This document shows, one piece after another, positions 1-14,356 of a stretch of 64,000 nt of DNA. The notes beneath the pieces are model-generated. The model searched no databases, was not told the DNA's origin, and was given only the letters and a program-made list of their open reading frames with translations. The position numbers and the translations under genes were made by a program. Numbering within the stretch: position 1 is the first letter of the stretch; each line of letters starts with the position of its first letter. The stretch is from Okamejei kenojei (taxonomy: Eukaryota): the NCBI GenBank assembly GCA_035221665.1, contig CM069158.1, positions 25,234,001-25,298,000 on the forward strand. Direction: 5' to 3'.

Positions 1-1320
1 AAATATCTGCGAGGTGTATCCTGGCAGAGGGTATGGTAGGTTTTCATGAGGCACAATAGTTTTGGCCTCTACCATCCAGGTCTTTGACCAGTATTTCAGC
101 AGGTCTTCGCCAAATAAAGAAATTTGGTGCTTGGAATATTCGAGACTTACAAAGAGCCTGCGAAGCGTGGGTTTAAACGTTGGGCTTGATGGCAAAATTC
201 AGGAATACAGTTTGATCTCGAAGTGGGCCATTGCACAGCAGGGCCAACATATCCCTGCTGTGTCCCTGACAATTGGTGCCCCATGGACCATTTCTCAAAA
301 GCCGTGATACCCCCTCACTAATTTGAGGACTCGCTGAAACGGAGCTCTTGCCACTTCATCGATTCAGCACATTTGTGCCCAGATAGCCGGAGGTCACGGT
401 GGCACCTTGAGCGACGCACAGTTAGCAGGTGTCTGGTAATGCGTTGTCGTCTGTTCCATTGATGGGATCCTGGAGCTGGTGAGAGGCCATGATAGTTTAT
501 ATTGGAAAGCCAGATTTTCCTCCATGGCTTCACCAGTAACCCACCGGAATGAGCAACATTCATCTAGCCACATCCCGTGAACAAAACCTGGGAGCTTGGC
601 TCATGTGCTTGGTGTGTGCCCAAACGCATGAACACCAACTCATTGGTCAGACTCCTCCCTGCCCTGGCTCTCCAGAGTCCTGCCTAGGAGGTCCTCTACC
701 AGCCCTAAACACGGTGCAGTGAAGTGATTCCCAATTGGGTACTCATCAGCGTGGCATGTCCTCCTCGCCATATGGGCCTCTGCTGAGGCTGTTTGGGAAA
801 TCCTATTGGACACCGATTGAAACACTTCATGGCTCCATCATGGTTTGAAGCATTCTTTTCCATTTAGTGTAGACGTCCCCAGAACCTTCTTTGTTGGAAG
901 GAGGGTGAGACCTTCTTCATCAGACTTCTCGGATAAACGGGCTTGACTATTTTCGTTGTGCCCTTCTCCCTGCTTGGTGGCCAACAGCCGCCCCTGAGGC
1001 ACTGGAGTTAATGGTATGAGCAGTTTTGAGCTGCCGGTAGTTCTGCATCGGCGTCGGAGCCTAAGCTGCTTTTACCGCAGCGGTATCATCCCTAACCCGA
1101 TCTGCGAGCACTAATCGGGTCCCGGCAGTGAAAATCTGACTACAGACGGCAGACTTTTAACGACTTTCCTCCTTCTCCTAAATTACCTCTCGCTGGCTCT
1201 GAACCAGACTCCATCCCTCCGACACGAGTTTAAATACCCGCAGAAAGTTTTAAAATCACCTACCTGCCGGTTTACTACTTACCGCTGGTGGAGCTGCGCT
1301 CTCCAGCCCGTCGGTGCGCA
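1..1320 (-). mobile_element. Degenerate DIRS-like (tyrosine-recombinase retrotransposon) 5' region/Gag-like ORF1 fragment
   Basis: GC-richer block. Minus-strand translation across frameshifts gives ...ELRFQRVLKL...MLALLCNGHFEI...AIKP.LNPRFAGLCK...FLFGEDL..VKDLD, resembling the DIRS ORF1 'L.P....LC...LFG.DL' pattern (recalled). Runs off the window edge. Confidence 0.5.
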
Positions 1321-1952
1321 ATGCAGTACATTATTAGTATTTTTGTCGTCGGTTTTGCTGGTTAATAATGGTCACAGCAGAGATCAATTTCCAGTCCGAC
1401 TGCCTTGTTGAATCTTTTTCCTTCCACCAGAGGCCACCATAAAAGTTATTTTTTTTTTTTTGTGCTATGATTGAATCTACTGAACCATAGAATATTGATA
1501 AACAATGCTATCTACACAGAAGCACAGAAGCAAGGTTTCTGATAAATTTATAATATTGCCATATAATTTAATGTCACCTGTTCCATGCATTAGTGGTAGG
1601 AATGCAATATAATTGGCTGGTAAAGCTAAGTTCGAAATTTGAAAGTTAATTATATTATTTTCAGATTTTGTATAACTTCCTATATCATGTGTTACAACAT
1701 ATGGAACTGCGCAAAAATGCTGAGGATGAGTTTCAATAACTAATAAGGAATGAATCCTTTTTAAAAATAACATTAAAAATAATTTTCCCTAGTTTTGAAT
1801 ATTTTAGTGAAAATTCATCCTCTGCTGAGTCCATTAAGTGGATGTTCTAATAATGCTTCCTGTGCGTACATGTTAGTTCCATCTGGAATCGAAGTTTAAG
1901 AATGGATTATAATGAGCATATGATTCCTTGAATGCATGCATTCAATGACTGA

Positions 1953-2207
<255 letters not shown>

Positions 2208-3167
2208 TAATAGAATTAATATTTAATGAATACAGATTTTGTAGTTTGAAACTAGAGAAAGTCGACCAAAATGCATTCCTAAAGATTAGGACGTATCATC
2301 TGGAGTTATTGCTTAATTAGAGACTGGTTGCCCTACGTTGACCAATTAGCACAAAGGATAGGAATTTCAAGCATAAATAACTTCTAAACAATGTTTATGT
2401 GATCTTTTAAACTAGTTTAAAAACCTTTTGTTGGAATATCATCTGCCCAACAACTAGCCTGATCCCTTAACTGAATCAATCAACATGGCAATTCTGTCCA
2501 ATTATAGGATGTTGAAGAGATGCTCTTAAAATTAAGCACAAGAAAGCAAATAGGAATCTTTGGAAAGATCGTGTTTTTAAATTGTCAAAGATACTGTTAT
2601 AATTGGGGAGGATAAACTATTTGAATCATTCAGGACAAATTTATATAATGGCGATCCGTTGTGGATCGCAAAAAGAAGGGTATTTAAGATAATTCAGTTT
2701 TGGAAGATTAAGCAGATTGCAGTCTGAAAACCTATCACCTGATCCATTTTCTCCAGAGATGCTGTCTGTCCCGCTGTGTTATTTCAGCATTTTGTGTTTA
2801 TCTTAAGCAAATTTCAGGTTGGAGAGGAACAGAAAATCAAATGAAAGTTGGTAAATCAGCTCCATTTTGTATGAATAGCTATTTCACGATATTAGCATGC
2901 TGTGATTTCTTAATTATACACTAAAAATAGATCGAGCTGCCACCTTGAGAAAATAAAGATTTGAAATTCATCTCTGTTTTTCAATGTAAAAAAAAAGGTT
3001 TTCATAAAACAAAAAAAATGCTGCTGAGTAGAAAGGTTATCCCAGCTTTGTAAAATGAATTCATATACATATGGTAAATCTACAGGGCAACACCATCAGA
3101 GTACTGTTGATGAAGGTATTTAAAGGACAAAAGTATCATAGAAATCATCAACATTTCATTCTCATAG

Positions 3168-3311
3168 GTCTCAGGAATTGCAGAGACCCGTCCAAGGGTC
3201 CAGTCAGGCAGTTTGACAGAAATGTGTGAAAGATTGCTTGAATTCAACCTTATGATGCAACTTCAACAACTGTCATGAACTGTACAGCCGAGAATACCTA
3301 ACCAAGATCCA
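3168..3311 (+). CDS. UNC13A: Munc13-1 exon (VQELQSPPR...NNCHELYSREY.TDP), indel-corrupted as given
   Basis: tag|...|gtaagt. CLNST and FNNCHELYSREY are recognisable, but the exon is 144 nt instead of about 135 nt, with scattered insertions. Confidence 0.85.
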
Positions 3312-4569
3312 GTAAGTTTATATCCGTTATTTGAACTACTCGAGTAATAAATAAATTCTTATCTAGCATTTGTGTAATTTGACACCACCACTTTAGCTTT
3401 AACTCTTCACAATTTTCCAGAGGTACACACTTATAATGCAATTAGGTTTATTAGTCCTGATAGGAAGCATATCCGTTCAGCCCATACTTGTATTTTTAAC
3501 TATGGAATAAAATTAATGTACTGCAGTATTCTTATTAAAATACACTAATATTTTGGAAAGCTCTGTATAATAATAAAATTATACCTCATTACCAGCAGTG
3601 GCCATTTACTTTCAAGGAAGTGGTGGAGTTTGGGCCCCGATTACATTAAAACTAATTAGATGGTTTCTTTATAATGTTTGAAGTTCCCTTAAGGCTACCT
3701 TTATAACCTTAGACTTTGAACCTGCATATAACACATCAATAATAGTCCAATGCACCTGGGCCTAAAATTCAATTTCAGAGCATACAGCTTTAGTACAGTG
3801 TGCATGCCAGAACATTTATCACATGAAATGTGCCAAATACTATCTATCTAATGCACAGCATCAGTAAGAAGTATTGGAGAGATCGCAGGGGTTGTTGGTT
3901 TAGTTGATAAGCCATTGTGAGTACAGATTTGTTAATTAATAATCTAATAATGTGTGGCATTTAGCAAACAATGATTAAAATGTCAAATGTATATGAAGAT
4001 TCAAAGTGACTTGGTTCAATCTGAAACCAGGGTCTTAAATCTGAACAAAGCAAATTATAAAGGTATGTGGCATGAGCAGTAAAGCTAAGGATTTGGGAAT
4101 ATTTAAGAATACAGCAAGTATCAAGAAAATGAAAAGGAAAGGGAAGGTAGAATACAAGAGAATCCCAAATATCTTGAGGAAATATTGGCTGAAGATAATA
4201 AACCAAACTTTTAACATCTATTTTCTCTTGGTTATTTATAGAATTTCACAGAATCATAGAGCTGTATAGCACAGAAATAGGCCCTTCGGCCCATCTTGTT
4301 CAAGTCAACCAAATTGGAGTAAGGGGCTAGTCAATCACAGTCAATTATCTTTGAATTATGTAGTCTTATTGATTGAATGTACAATTTGCCATAAAATGTA
4401 ATCTTCCTGTTTGTTGCATACTGTTTAGCATTCTATGGGTACTAGGTATGTTTTGCATGGACATAACTGCATAGAATTATGCATTTTTCATGCCTGTCCA
4501 ATTCCTTAAGTTTATACTTAATTATTCAGCCAGTGGAGGCAACATAACTTTTCTGAATTAATGCAAGAA

Positions 4570-4856
4570 GGGGTGGGCGCAGTGTAGAGTGGTTGCCTGA
4601 CAGCACCAAACCCGGGTTCAATCTTGACATTGGGTGTGCATTAGCACATTCTCCCTGTAACCGTGTGGCTTTCCGGGTAGTTCGGTTTCCTCCCACATCC
4701 CAATGATGTGCAGGTTTGTAGGTTAATTGGCTTCTGTAAATTGTCGCTAGTGCGTAGAAAGTGGGATAACATGGAAACTAGTTTGAAGAGGTGATCGATG
4801 GTCAGCGTGGACTTTAGGCTGAAGAGCCTGTTTCCATGCTGTAACTCTAAACTAAA
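4570..4856 (+). mobile_element. tRNA-derived V-SINE (HE1-like)
   Basis: A/B-box-like head, 'ggtttcctcccaca' core, CR1-type tail ending (ctaaa)n. Confidence 0.75.
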
Positions 4857-5314
4857 TGACGAAAAGATTTATATAGCATTTTAATAAAGAATATTTTTTT
4901 GCTTTTCTGGGCAAGAATCTGGAAATGGATTTCTTTATTAGGCAATATAATATAAGTAAAGTGTAGCTATACTAATGAATAATCCTGAGTCCATGCAGAA
5001 GTATTGCATCTAATAAAAATAAATTTGCAAAGATTTTAGTGCAAGTGTTAATTAAAAGCCATCTGTGTTATTCATGTTCTATTCCAATATATTCTGATAC
5101 TTAGTAGGAATAGAAAAATCCAATCTTTGGGTAGCTATGGCAACTTTAAAATTATAATTCCACATCATTGAAAGAGTAGAAAGGTGTAAGACTCGCATTT
5201 CAACATGATATTCACCACATTGGAAGTTTTATTTCATGGTGTATTTAGATTGATAATCTATCAGGCACGTAAAAAGGTATTTTTATACCCATCTGATTCT
5301 GTTTGATTCTTCAG

Positions 5315-5448
5315 AATAAAAAGGCAGAGGTTCCCCCAGAAGAGCAAGGGCCTAGCACCAGAAATTTGGACTTTTGGTCCAAACTTATCACGCTGATTGT
5401 TTCAATCATAGAAGAGGACAAGAATTCATACACTCACTGCCTCAATCA
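5315..5448 (+). CDS. UNC13A: Munc13-1 exon ([45 protein letters not shown])
   Basis: tcag|...|gtaagt, 134 nt, clean frame. Confidence 0.95.
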
Positions 5449-5789
5449 GTAAGTTCATATTTTTGTTAGTTTACAGATAAAATAAGTGCTGTTTATAAAA
5501 TATTTAATATGTATGGATCTTAAAGCAGGTGTTGAATTGCCTGCTAGCCTCAGATGGTAGTTTTTTCCAGTTAGCCATCTGCCATATTAAAAATCAGCAG
5601 GAAATGATAAATTTGATTTTTGTCTGTAAGATATTGATGGTGCAATGTGGGCTAAACATATTTGCTATTCAGCTGCAGCAATATTTAAATTAAGGGATAA
5701 CAGAAAACCCTCTATGTTAATTCCTCAATTACTTTATCTACACTTTATATACTTATTGGCATAGGCAGCACACATTTAAATAATATCCT

Positions 5790-6085
5790 TACTATGTATA
5801 TGAAGGAACGAAGGAGGACCCGGTGTGGGAGGACTGCCGTGAGGGAGGGGGATAGAAGAACAATTGGCGCGGACACCTAGGGGGGACCAAATGGGGGCGA
5901 AGGACAATGAAGACCCTGCGTGGGGGGGGATGGCCGTGAGGGTGAAGGGAGAACAAAGGGGGACTTGGCGCGGATTTCTTTGTAACAATTGAAAGAGCCC
6001 TTTATGGGCAACTATTTCCATACCTGGTATACAAGCAAAGAATTTACACTGTGACTTTTCATAGGTGACAATGAAGTATTCTTCC
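5790..6085 (+). repeat. GC/purine-rich interspersed repeat with LINE-type 3' tail
   Basis: Ends in 'aaagaatttacactgtg...gtgacaatgaagtatt', resembling L2/Rex-type tails. Family uncertain. Confidence 0.4.
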
Positions 6086-6364
6086 GCATATAAAAATAAT
6101 TGCCACAAGTTTCTTAAGAGGCATGATTGCAGAAAAATGTTGGCGATGTTTCAGAGGTTTGACTGACAGACAACAATTTATGCAAAAAAACTCTTAAGTG
6201 GTGATAAAAATGGTTTATTGAGATCTGATTCTAGACCAGTTGTAGCCCTTGAGATGAATGTACCCCCACAGTGCCATTGGGTATAGTGTTCCAGGACACA
6301 CCACCCTGGCCACGCTCTCATTTCACCCCAACCATCGGCAGGTAAAGGAGTCTGATAACCCTGA

Positions 6365-6616
6365 CCACGAGGTTCGAGAATAGTTTCTTCCCAACAACCA
6401 TCAGACTCCTGAAGACGACATGACACTAACCAATGATCTATGGACTGTCTTGGGTTGCACAAAGGACTTTGCGCTTATTTTTAGCACTAGTATTCAGGTT
6501 ATTAATTTATTGTATATTATCTATGTGTATTGTGTTACAGGCCCGTTAGGCTGCTACAAGTAAGAATTATGTTGTTCCTTGTACATATATATGAAAATTA
6601 AACACTCCTGACTTGA
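6365..6616 (+). mobile_element. Rex1/Babar LINE 3' end
   Basis: Translates to RFENSFFPTTIRLL (RT C-terminus motif), followed by 3' UTR ending 'aaacactc.tgacttga'. Confidence 0.6.
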
Positions 6617-7003
6617 TTTTTAATCCAATACAGGATTAGCCACATATTTATAAGGTGGAATATTGCGAGATTTGAAGGGTAATTTATCCAGCAGCAGTCA
6701 TGTAGATGGGCTTCCTTATAGTGATGGGAGCCTGGTGAAGTTACCAGTGAAATGAGCCCGCTGGAGATTTCCCATCACATTTATGGCTGCAGAGCTGAAA
6801 GAAAGAGAACAATTAGGGGATGAAAAGGTGTTTTATGTTTTTGTAAGGCCAATTCCAATTTAGAAGAAGTGCTGACTAACTCTTGCAGTATTTGTATATA
6901 TTATGCTACAAGAGTAGAAATATACAATGAGAAATTGATCTTAAATTGGCAAACACAAAGATACAATACTATATCTAATAGAGTATCACCCTTTATCATT
7001 TAA

Positions 7004-7135
<132 letters not shown>

Positions 7136-7883
7136 TAATTTTAGCTTACAAGTGCAATGTGCAAGTTGTTCTCTTATTTTATGAAAAATCTTCTGTCTGC
7201 ATACAATATTATTTTATTCCTCATTTAGTTGGGGGAAATAATTTGTTTAATGTGTAAATATTCAATTTAAATATTGTAATTTTTTAATTCTGAGATCTTT
7301 GTTCAGTAACTGGGCCATTATGTAAATCTGGTGCTTCTCAAAAAAATGGTATTACATATCAGACAAATAACAAAGTGGGAGCAATCAATATCTGTAGTTC
7401 ATATTGAATTAGTTGATACTTCAGAATCATCCCATGAAAAAGAATATCTCTTGGTTGCAAATTTACCAAAGAGAGAAACCAAAGTATTAGGGATTTCATA
7501 AAAAACATCCAAAATATAATTATGGTTGGCTACGGATTTGATACCTTTTGATTATTTTCAAAACCAAATGCATTCAGTGCTAAAAAAATATTGTTAGTTT
7601 GTTTATATACTAACTGGACTTTAAATGGAAACTAAAAACAATGCAGTAAGTCTTAAATGACATTTTTTTTAATTAATAAAATGTTTTCATGTATTATCTA
7701 TTGCATCTGAATATATATAGCACTCGCAAGATGTGATTGTTGCCTACATAATCATTGTTGCACATTAAAATGTGACTTGTATATGTAAGGCATCACACAC
7801 TTCTAGTTTTGGAGAAAAACTATTTTCATTTTCTTATGACAAAAGCATGACACAAACGTTGCAATCATTTTTTTATCTTTCAG

Positions 7884-8010
7884 AACATGAGAAACAAAGA
7901 CTTTGCAAAAGTGCAGATTATATGAATTTACACTTCAAAGTCAAGTGGCTGTATAATGAATATGTAAAAGACCTCCCAGCTTTCAAGAATTCTGTCCCAG
8001 AGTACCCAGC
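7884..8010 (+). CDS. UNC13A: Munc13-1 exon ([43 protein letters not shown])
   Basis: cag|...|gtaagt, 127 nt, phases fit neighbouring exons. Confidence 0.95.
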
Positions 8011-8118
8011 GTAAGTGTTCCTTTAATAATCGATCTCCCAGTGTGGTCAGTATTTGGGTAAAATTGCTATTTTTAAGAAGTACTCACTTAGTTGACACTA
8101 AAGTTTCAGTACTTCAGC

Positions 8119-8806
8119 GAAAGTAAGCATGCAGGTACAGCAGGCAGTGAAGAAAGCAAATGGCATGTTGGCCCTCGTAGCAAGAGGATTAGAGTATAGG
8201 AGCAAGGAGGTCCTACTGCAGATGTACACGGCCCTGGTGAGCCCACACCTAGAGTACTGTGTGCAGTTTGAGTCTCCTATTTTGAGGAAGGACATTATTG
8301 CTATTGAGGGGATGCAGCGAAGGTTCACCAGGTTAAGTCCCGGACTGACATATGATGAAAGAATGGATTGGGACTGGGCTTATATTCACTGGAATTTGAA
8401 GGTGAGAGGGACATCTTATAGAACATACAAAATTCTTTAGGATTGGACAGGCTCAATGCAGGAAAAAATTGAGGGGAGTCAGAAACACACCGGGGGTTAA
8501 CAGTTTAAGAACATGGGTAGGGCCATTTAGGATGAGATGAGGGAGCCACTTTTTTCCACCCAGAGTGGTTGTGAATCTGTGGAATTCTTTGCCAACAGAA
8601 GGCAGGCGAAAGGCCAATTCACTGGATATATTCAAGGGCGTTTATGGATATAGCTCATAGGACTAACGGAAATCGGGATATGGGGGAGAAAGCAGGACAC
8701 GGGTGGGTACTGATTTTGGATGATCACCCATGATCATATTGAATGGCAGTGCTGGGGCTCAAAGGCCGAATGGGCCTACTCCTGCACCTATTTTTTCTAT
8801 GTTTCT
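8119..8806 (+). mobile_element. CR1 LINE 3' fragment
   Basis: QQAVKKANGMLA..RGLEYRSKEVLLQ.Y.ALV.PHLEYCVQF; tail 'ggccgaatgggcctactcctgcacctat..tctatgtttct'. Confidence 0.9.
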
Positions 8807-8898
8807 ACTTTAGACCCTTTTGCATGGGGCCTTATCTTCAGGAGGACTGAACTCTAGTGGAAGTGCATAATTTTCTCTTTGGTACTTCTCTTTGGTTA

Positions 8899-9160
8899 GG
8901 GCTGCATAGTGGCATAGCTAATTGAGCTGCTTCCTCTGCTCAGGAACCTAGGTTCAATCCTGCTGCTGGTGCTGTTTATGCAGTTTGCATATTCTCCCTT
9001 GATCACACCAATTTCCTCTGGGTTTCCTCCTGCATCCCAAAGACTTGCAGGTTGATGAGTTAATTGGCCACTGTAAATAGCCTCTAGAAAGTAGACAAAT
9101 GGTAACATTTGCGGGGAGTTGATGGGAATATGGGGACAATAAATGAGATTAGCGCAGGAT
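8899..9160 (+). mobile_element. V-SINE, diverged
   Basis: tRNA-like head 'ggttcaatcc' and V-domain-like core. Confidence 0.6.
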
Positions 9161-11979
9161 TAAAGAGCACCAAGAAATTTAGCACCCTGAAATAGAGTCC
9201 TTAAACAATGGTCTGAATATCTCCAAATGGCATTTAGAAATTGCTAATTTCTCTCATTACACATTCACTCATTCACAATTATTCAGTAATATCAAATCCT
9301 ACAATCATGTCGCAAATGAGTAATATAATAGGTATTCACAATTTACTTTTGGAACAATAATGTTTATTAAATAATGATAGAATTTAGTTTTCATTCAGTT
9401 TTTATTTATCAATAACAATTTAGTCAAATATTTGTTTAATTTTGCCACGAAAAATATACTTCAACGTTTGACATTTCCTTGTCAGAATGGAAATACATTG
9501 TGGATTTAAATGTATTTTACTTCTGATGAATGATGCCAAAAATTAAAACCTATTTATTAACCTGTTTAGTATCTCTAAACTAAATTTATATTTACCCTGC
9601 CAATCCTAGGACTGACTTTTAATATCACATTTGAAAATAATCAGTATGCATATAATAAGTTAACTGTCATAGAATCACAAAATAAACCACATGCCTTGTG
9701 TGCATCAGCAGATTTTAGTGAATAAGTATTCCCCAAGTTAGACTATTAATATCAAAAATACTGTAAATCTTCTCAAAACAGTTGTTTTATAACTACCCTA
9801 AGTTAACAGGATAATAAGAGAAAATGGGGGGGGGACCAGAAGACAGTTGTTGCCAATGACAGAGCATGTGCACACAAGAAGGTTGAGGAGTGCAATAAAA
9901 AGTACAGAAAGATTGGTGGATAGAAGACAAATTACTTCAATTATTATTGAAATGTTCATTTTGTGGGGGAATTACAACCATTTATTTAAGAGTTAAGGTA
10001 GTATAGTAAAGACAAATGAAATGTAAGCGCATAAAAATTAAATGTAGAAAAAACTTGATGAAAAACCTAGGGAGAAGGATCAAACTATTATCAGAGCTCA
10101 TTTAAATGCAGAAAGAACTCTGGGGGGGGCAGTGTTAATTTTGGTCAACCATTAAACTAAGGCTGAATTCTAATTGCAGTGAAAGTGACTACATATCTGG
10201 AAGCTTTCTCCATTCCACTGACTTCACAATTAATCTGAATGTATGAGTCATGCAAGGAACTTGCATGGTGGGCAATTTTATTATGTTAAATGGTCAAATT
10301 AAATTATTTTTCTACATAAGTCTGTAGGTTTTTGTCAAAACCTCAGAACCTAGCTCCTTTCCCAAACAAATTGATCCCAAGACCATTCATAGATTTACAT
10401 AGTCATACAGGCCGTTCAGCTCAATTTATTTAGGAGGACTACGACGTGCAGTTAGTCTGCATCTGACCATATCACTCTCAACCTTTCCTATCCATGTCCC
10501 TGTCCTATACGGTAAATGCTGTTACCGTACCAAATTGCAACATTGACAACACATTAACAAGTAAACAAGTCGCAAAGAAATGTATTATGCCAGTCAAAAT
10601 ATATTCTAAATACTCTGTAAGAACACTCATGCATGTTATTTTTCCTTTCGCTTATTCTTCTATTTTTCTCTTTTATGCGCACTCTACATGCTATGCGATC
10701 CAATCCGTGTTGTTTTGGCAGAGATTGAGCCAACTGTTTACATTCTTGGACTGCTGAAATACTCATGGGCAACAATATAATTTAGGCTTTGCTGATAAGC
10801 ACCCTGCCATAGACCACTCCATCTGCATGTGCGCTGAGATCTACATCTCAAAACGAGGGCAAGCAAACATGGATACGAATTGCAGTACGGTAAGAAATGA
10901 ACCTTCTACTTGTTGACCATATCTCCACTTAGAAACCCACTCTCGTCCCTGACATTTTTTCAATTACCTACTATTCCCTGAAACAGTAAGCCCACTTTGT
11001 TTCAAAACAGAGCACTCAAAGGTCCAGATTGGAGTGTGTTGCATCTTTTCAAGGGGGTGGATGCTCTTATATGAAAGTGTGCGATGCAACATGTTTGAAA
11101 ATAGTCCATACAAAAATCTCTGTCCTTGGGAGGGGGGAGGGGGGGGGAATGATGTTTATACCTTTGGCATCCATCTCAATCTGTGTCCATAATGTGTGAA
11201 AGCAAAAATATAACTTTGATTGTCTGGGCAATATGGAATAGAAGCTAAATACTGGCAATGATCAGCCTAGTGGGCTCCATCTGTAGAGAGAAAAAGTTAA
11301 GATTTCAGGTTGGTGATCTTTCATGGTCATGGCCACATAGGCAGATACGATGTAATTGATTCAAAAGATCTATATCTGTACTGTAGATCCTTTGTAATTA
11401 TGCCTGGCCGAAATGTCTGCAGAATTATGTCAACCCAAGGTTCAGCGATGGGAGCTTTAAAAACCCACAAATTGGTTGCAAAATCAGCAGATTTGCTGGC
11501 CGGTGGAAAAATCCAAGCTGTTTGTTCATTATTTCTTTTGCTATCATATGTTAGATGCAAAGCATTATTATTGCAATGGTTTTGCTGTTCTGTTCAATTA
11601 TTTCATTAAATATTTTGTTCCGTTTTTGTTTTTGGGGGGATACTAAAACGGAACAAAATATTTTTTCCGTTTAGTAAACACAAAACTATAGCTCTGACCA
11701 CTATATAGTTGCAATATGCTTTTTTCTTTGCTATATTCACCACTCACCGTGCTCAGTAGGTACCTCTTAATTGAAAATGACATAGTTTAAACATGAAAAA
11801 ACATAATTCTCTTTTAAATAAATTGGAACTGATATAAGCTATCGTAGTTTTGATAATTTTTAAGCTGAGCATTAAATAAAAACTTTTTATAAACTTATCA
11901 ATTTAATTTCTATCTAGAAAATAATTGGGTTCCCTTACTTTAAAGGAAGAAAGCTTATCATGAACCATGTGCATGGGAA

Positions 11980-12062
11980 ACACACCCCACACAACCAACA
12001 CCACACACACACACTCACACAACCCCACACCACCACACCACAACACCCCACACCCCACACAC
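11980..12062. repeat. Degenerate (CA)n microsatellite
   Basis: cacaccccacacaaccaacaccacacacac... directly visible. Confidence 0.7.
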
Positions 12063-12126
12063 TATTAATAATATATTATATAGAAAATCAAATGTTTAAA
12101 CTTTGATCCTTTTTCTCCCCTACAAG

Positions 12127-12231
12127 TTGGTTTAGAAACCATTTGTTATACATTGGTTGGATTGAGAATGAAAAGGAGGTATCTAGGGAAACTTCTTGCA
12201 TGGTCACTAGAACGTGACAAGAAGGGATGGG
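12127..12231 (+). CDS. UNC13A: Munc13-1 exon (WFEPFVI.WLDENEEVSR.FLHG.LERDKKDG), indel-corrupted
   Basis: Polypyrimidine tract plus ag, donor gtaagg. Peptide is recognisable across several indels. Confidence 0.8.
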
Positions 12232-13074
12232 GTAAGGCAGCTTGTTATTATTATTGTATTTAAACTAACTGTGGGGCTTAAAGTTGTTTCTAACCATCTT
12301 GTTTTTTCATTGGCGAGAATATTGATTCAAGCAGGTAAATAAAACACAACGGGGTCAGGAAAAACTGGCCCCATTTCTGCTCACGGCTTTTGAAAGAGCC
12401 AATCCACAGAGGTTCCCACTTCAAAACCTGGCTATTTGAAACCATCTGTTCTATAGCTTCTTGCCTCTTTCATATAATTTAATGTAATGTCCCCATTCGT
12501 TAGGTTATTTATTTGGATCTGCTTTTTCAAGAAAAAAATAATCCCAGGTTATCAATTTATTTATATTGGAATAATGTATTAATTCACACAATTCTTTGTT
12601 TTCCCACATTCGTAACCTGAAAAAAAATTGCTGTTGATTGTGATTATGTGATCTGGACAAGATGCCTCAAAACATCAACCATCAAAAAAAACAACATACC
12701 ATAAGATCTTTCATGTTATCTGTAGTGGCTTGAAATGGCTTTTACTGAGCCCCCTCACCATTTTTGGCATTACAAGAGAATGTGCGAGGGAGGGGGGGTT
12801 TATTCATTGGCTGGCCACCTTAAACCCCAATGGTAAGTAAGACCAAAACTCTCGCTTGCCTTTCTTGGGTTCCCTCCCAAAAATTAATTTGGGATTTTTT
12901 TTTTTCACTTTTTATTTTGTTACCTTTAACAGCAAAAAAACCAAATCGCCATGGGGAATACCAATGGTCAAAAACCAATGGCCTCGTTTAGTTCAAGATC
13001 ATTACAACTGGTTCAGATGCCAAGTTACTCAGCTATGTGGGGTATTGGTGTTGTAAAAACAGGGAAAGGATCAT

Positions 13075-13290
13075 TAAAATATGTATTCAAGGAGAGGGAG
13101 TTTAGATATGCTCTTCAAGGCTAACAGAATCAAAAGGATATGCGGAAATAAAAAAAAGCAGGAACAGGGGTAATTGAATTCTGAATGATCAGGCCATTGG
13201 GATCATATTGAATGGTGTTGGCCGGCTCGAAGGGGGACCGAAATTGGGGCCTAGACTCATGGCACCTTAACTTTCTATGTTTCTATGTAT
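13075..13290 (+). mobile_element. CR1 LINE 3' tail
   Basis: Same tail as at 8640-8806 and 54050-54175, with homopolymer noise. Confidence 0.75.
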
Positions 13291-14356
13291 TGACAGGGGG
13301 ACTACTTTTTCTGTTACATGCACAAAGAAGTGGCAGATTAAAAAAGAGGAAACCTACTTTATTTTCATGAAATTTATCAAGGTGGAAGTTTAGGAATCAG
13401 GAAACTCCACTTGCGATAGAATGTAATAGAAGGTCAGGGTTCAATTATAAATGGGGAAAATGGTGGGGAAAAAAATTTTTGTTAAAGTTACTGAGGAAAG
13501 GGGGAACATTGTGGCGGTGGGGTTCTGGTGGGAATTTGCTCTGGTAGAGTTTTTTTTGCCTAGGCAATGGATGTGTAGGGCCCAATGGCCCCACTCTTTT
13601 GCTATAATTGTTCCAGAAAAATCCAGGAAAATACACCGTTTCACAAAAAAATTAACATCAGATATCTTCTACTTTGTTGGTTCCCATTTTTTAAACCCTT
13701 TCATTGTTAAAACTCATTTTGTTGGTCCCAGTTGTTCATGTTAAGGCTTTTTTAAGCACACTCTTTCTTAATTTGCGGTTTCCATTTTCAATAAACAGTG
13801 GTACAATAAATGGTAACCTTCAAAGTTCTCTCTTGTGACTCTTTTTTAGGGACTTACATCTACCTGTTTTTTATATTCCCTCTTCTCAATATTTCCACCA
13901 AATAATTGTAAAAAGTCTGGATTCCTTCATATCTTCCCTTCCTCTCAAACTTTCAATTTCCACCATCTTTGTATAAAATTCTCTTTTGAAACATTTATCC
14001 ACATTCTTCTTCATAAGTTCACCATGTATACCAAGGTTTAAAGGGGGTCAATCCCTTAAATTTAAGAAATTTGCTTTTCCGTAGTCCCAAACTCTAAAAA
14101 GTAAAAGTTAATAGTTAACGAAATGCAGAGGTACATTGTACAAAAACTTGTTGGAGGACTTTTTAATGTATACCTTTCTTCATTTTTCTGAGGAATACAA
14201 AAAATGGTTTTTCATTTCTATTTATTTTTCTGTTCAATTTTACTTAGCCAATTTTCTCAAGATGAAAAAAACAGGGCTGTGTAAAAATAGATTATTATCA
14301 AATGTTCAGTTGAAAAATTCAAAATTCAATTTATTCTTTAATTTTTAAAACCGCAG

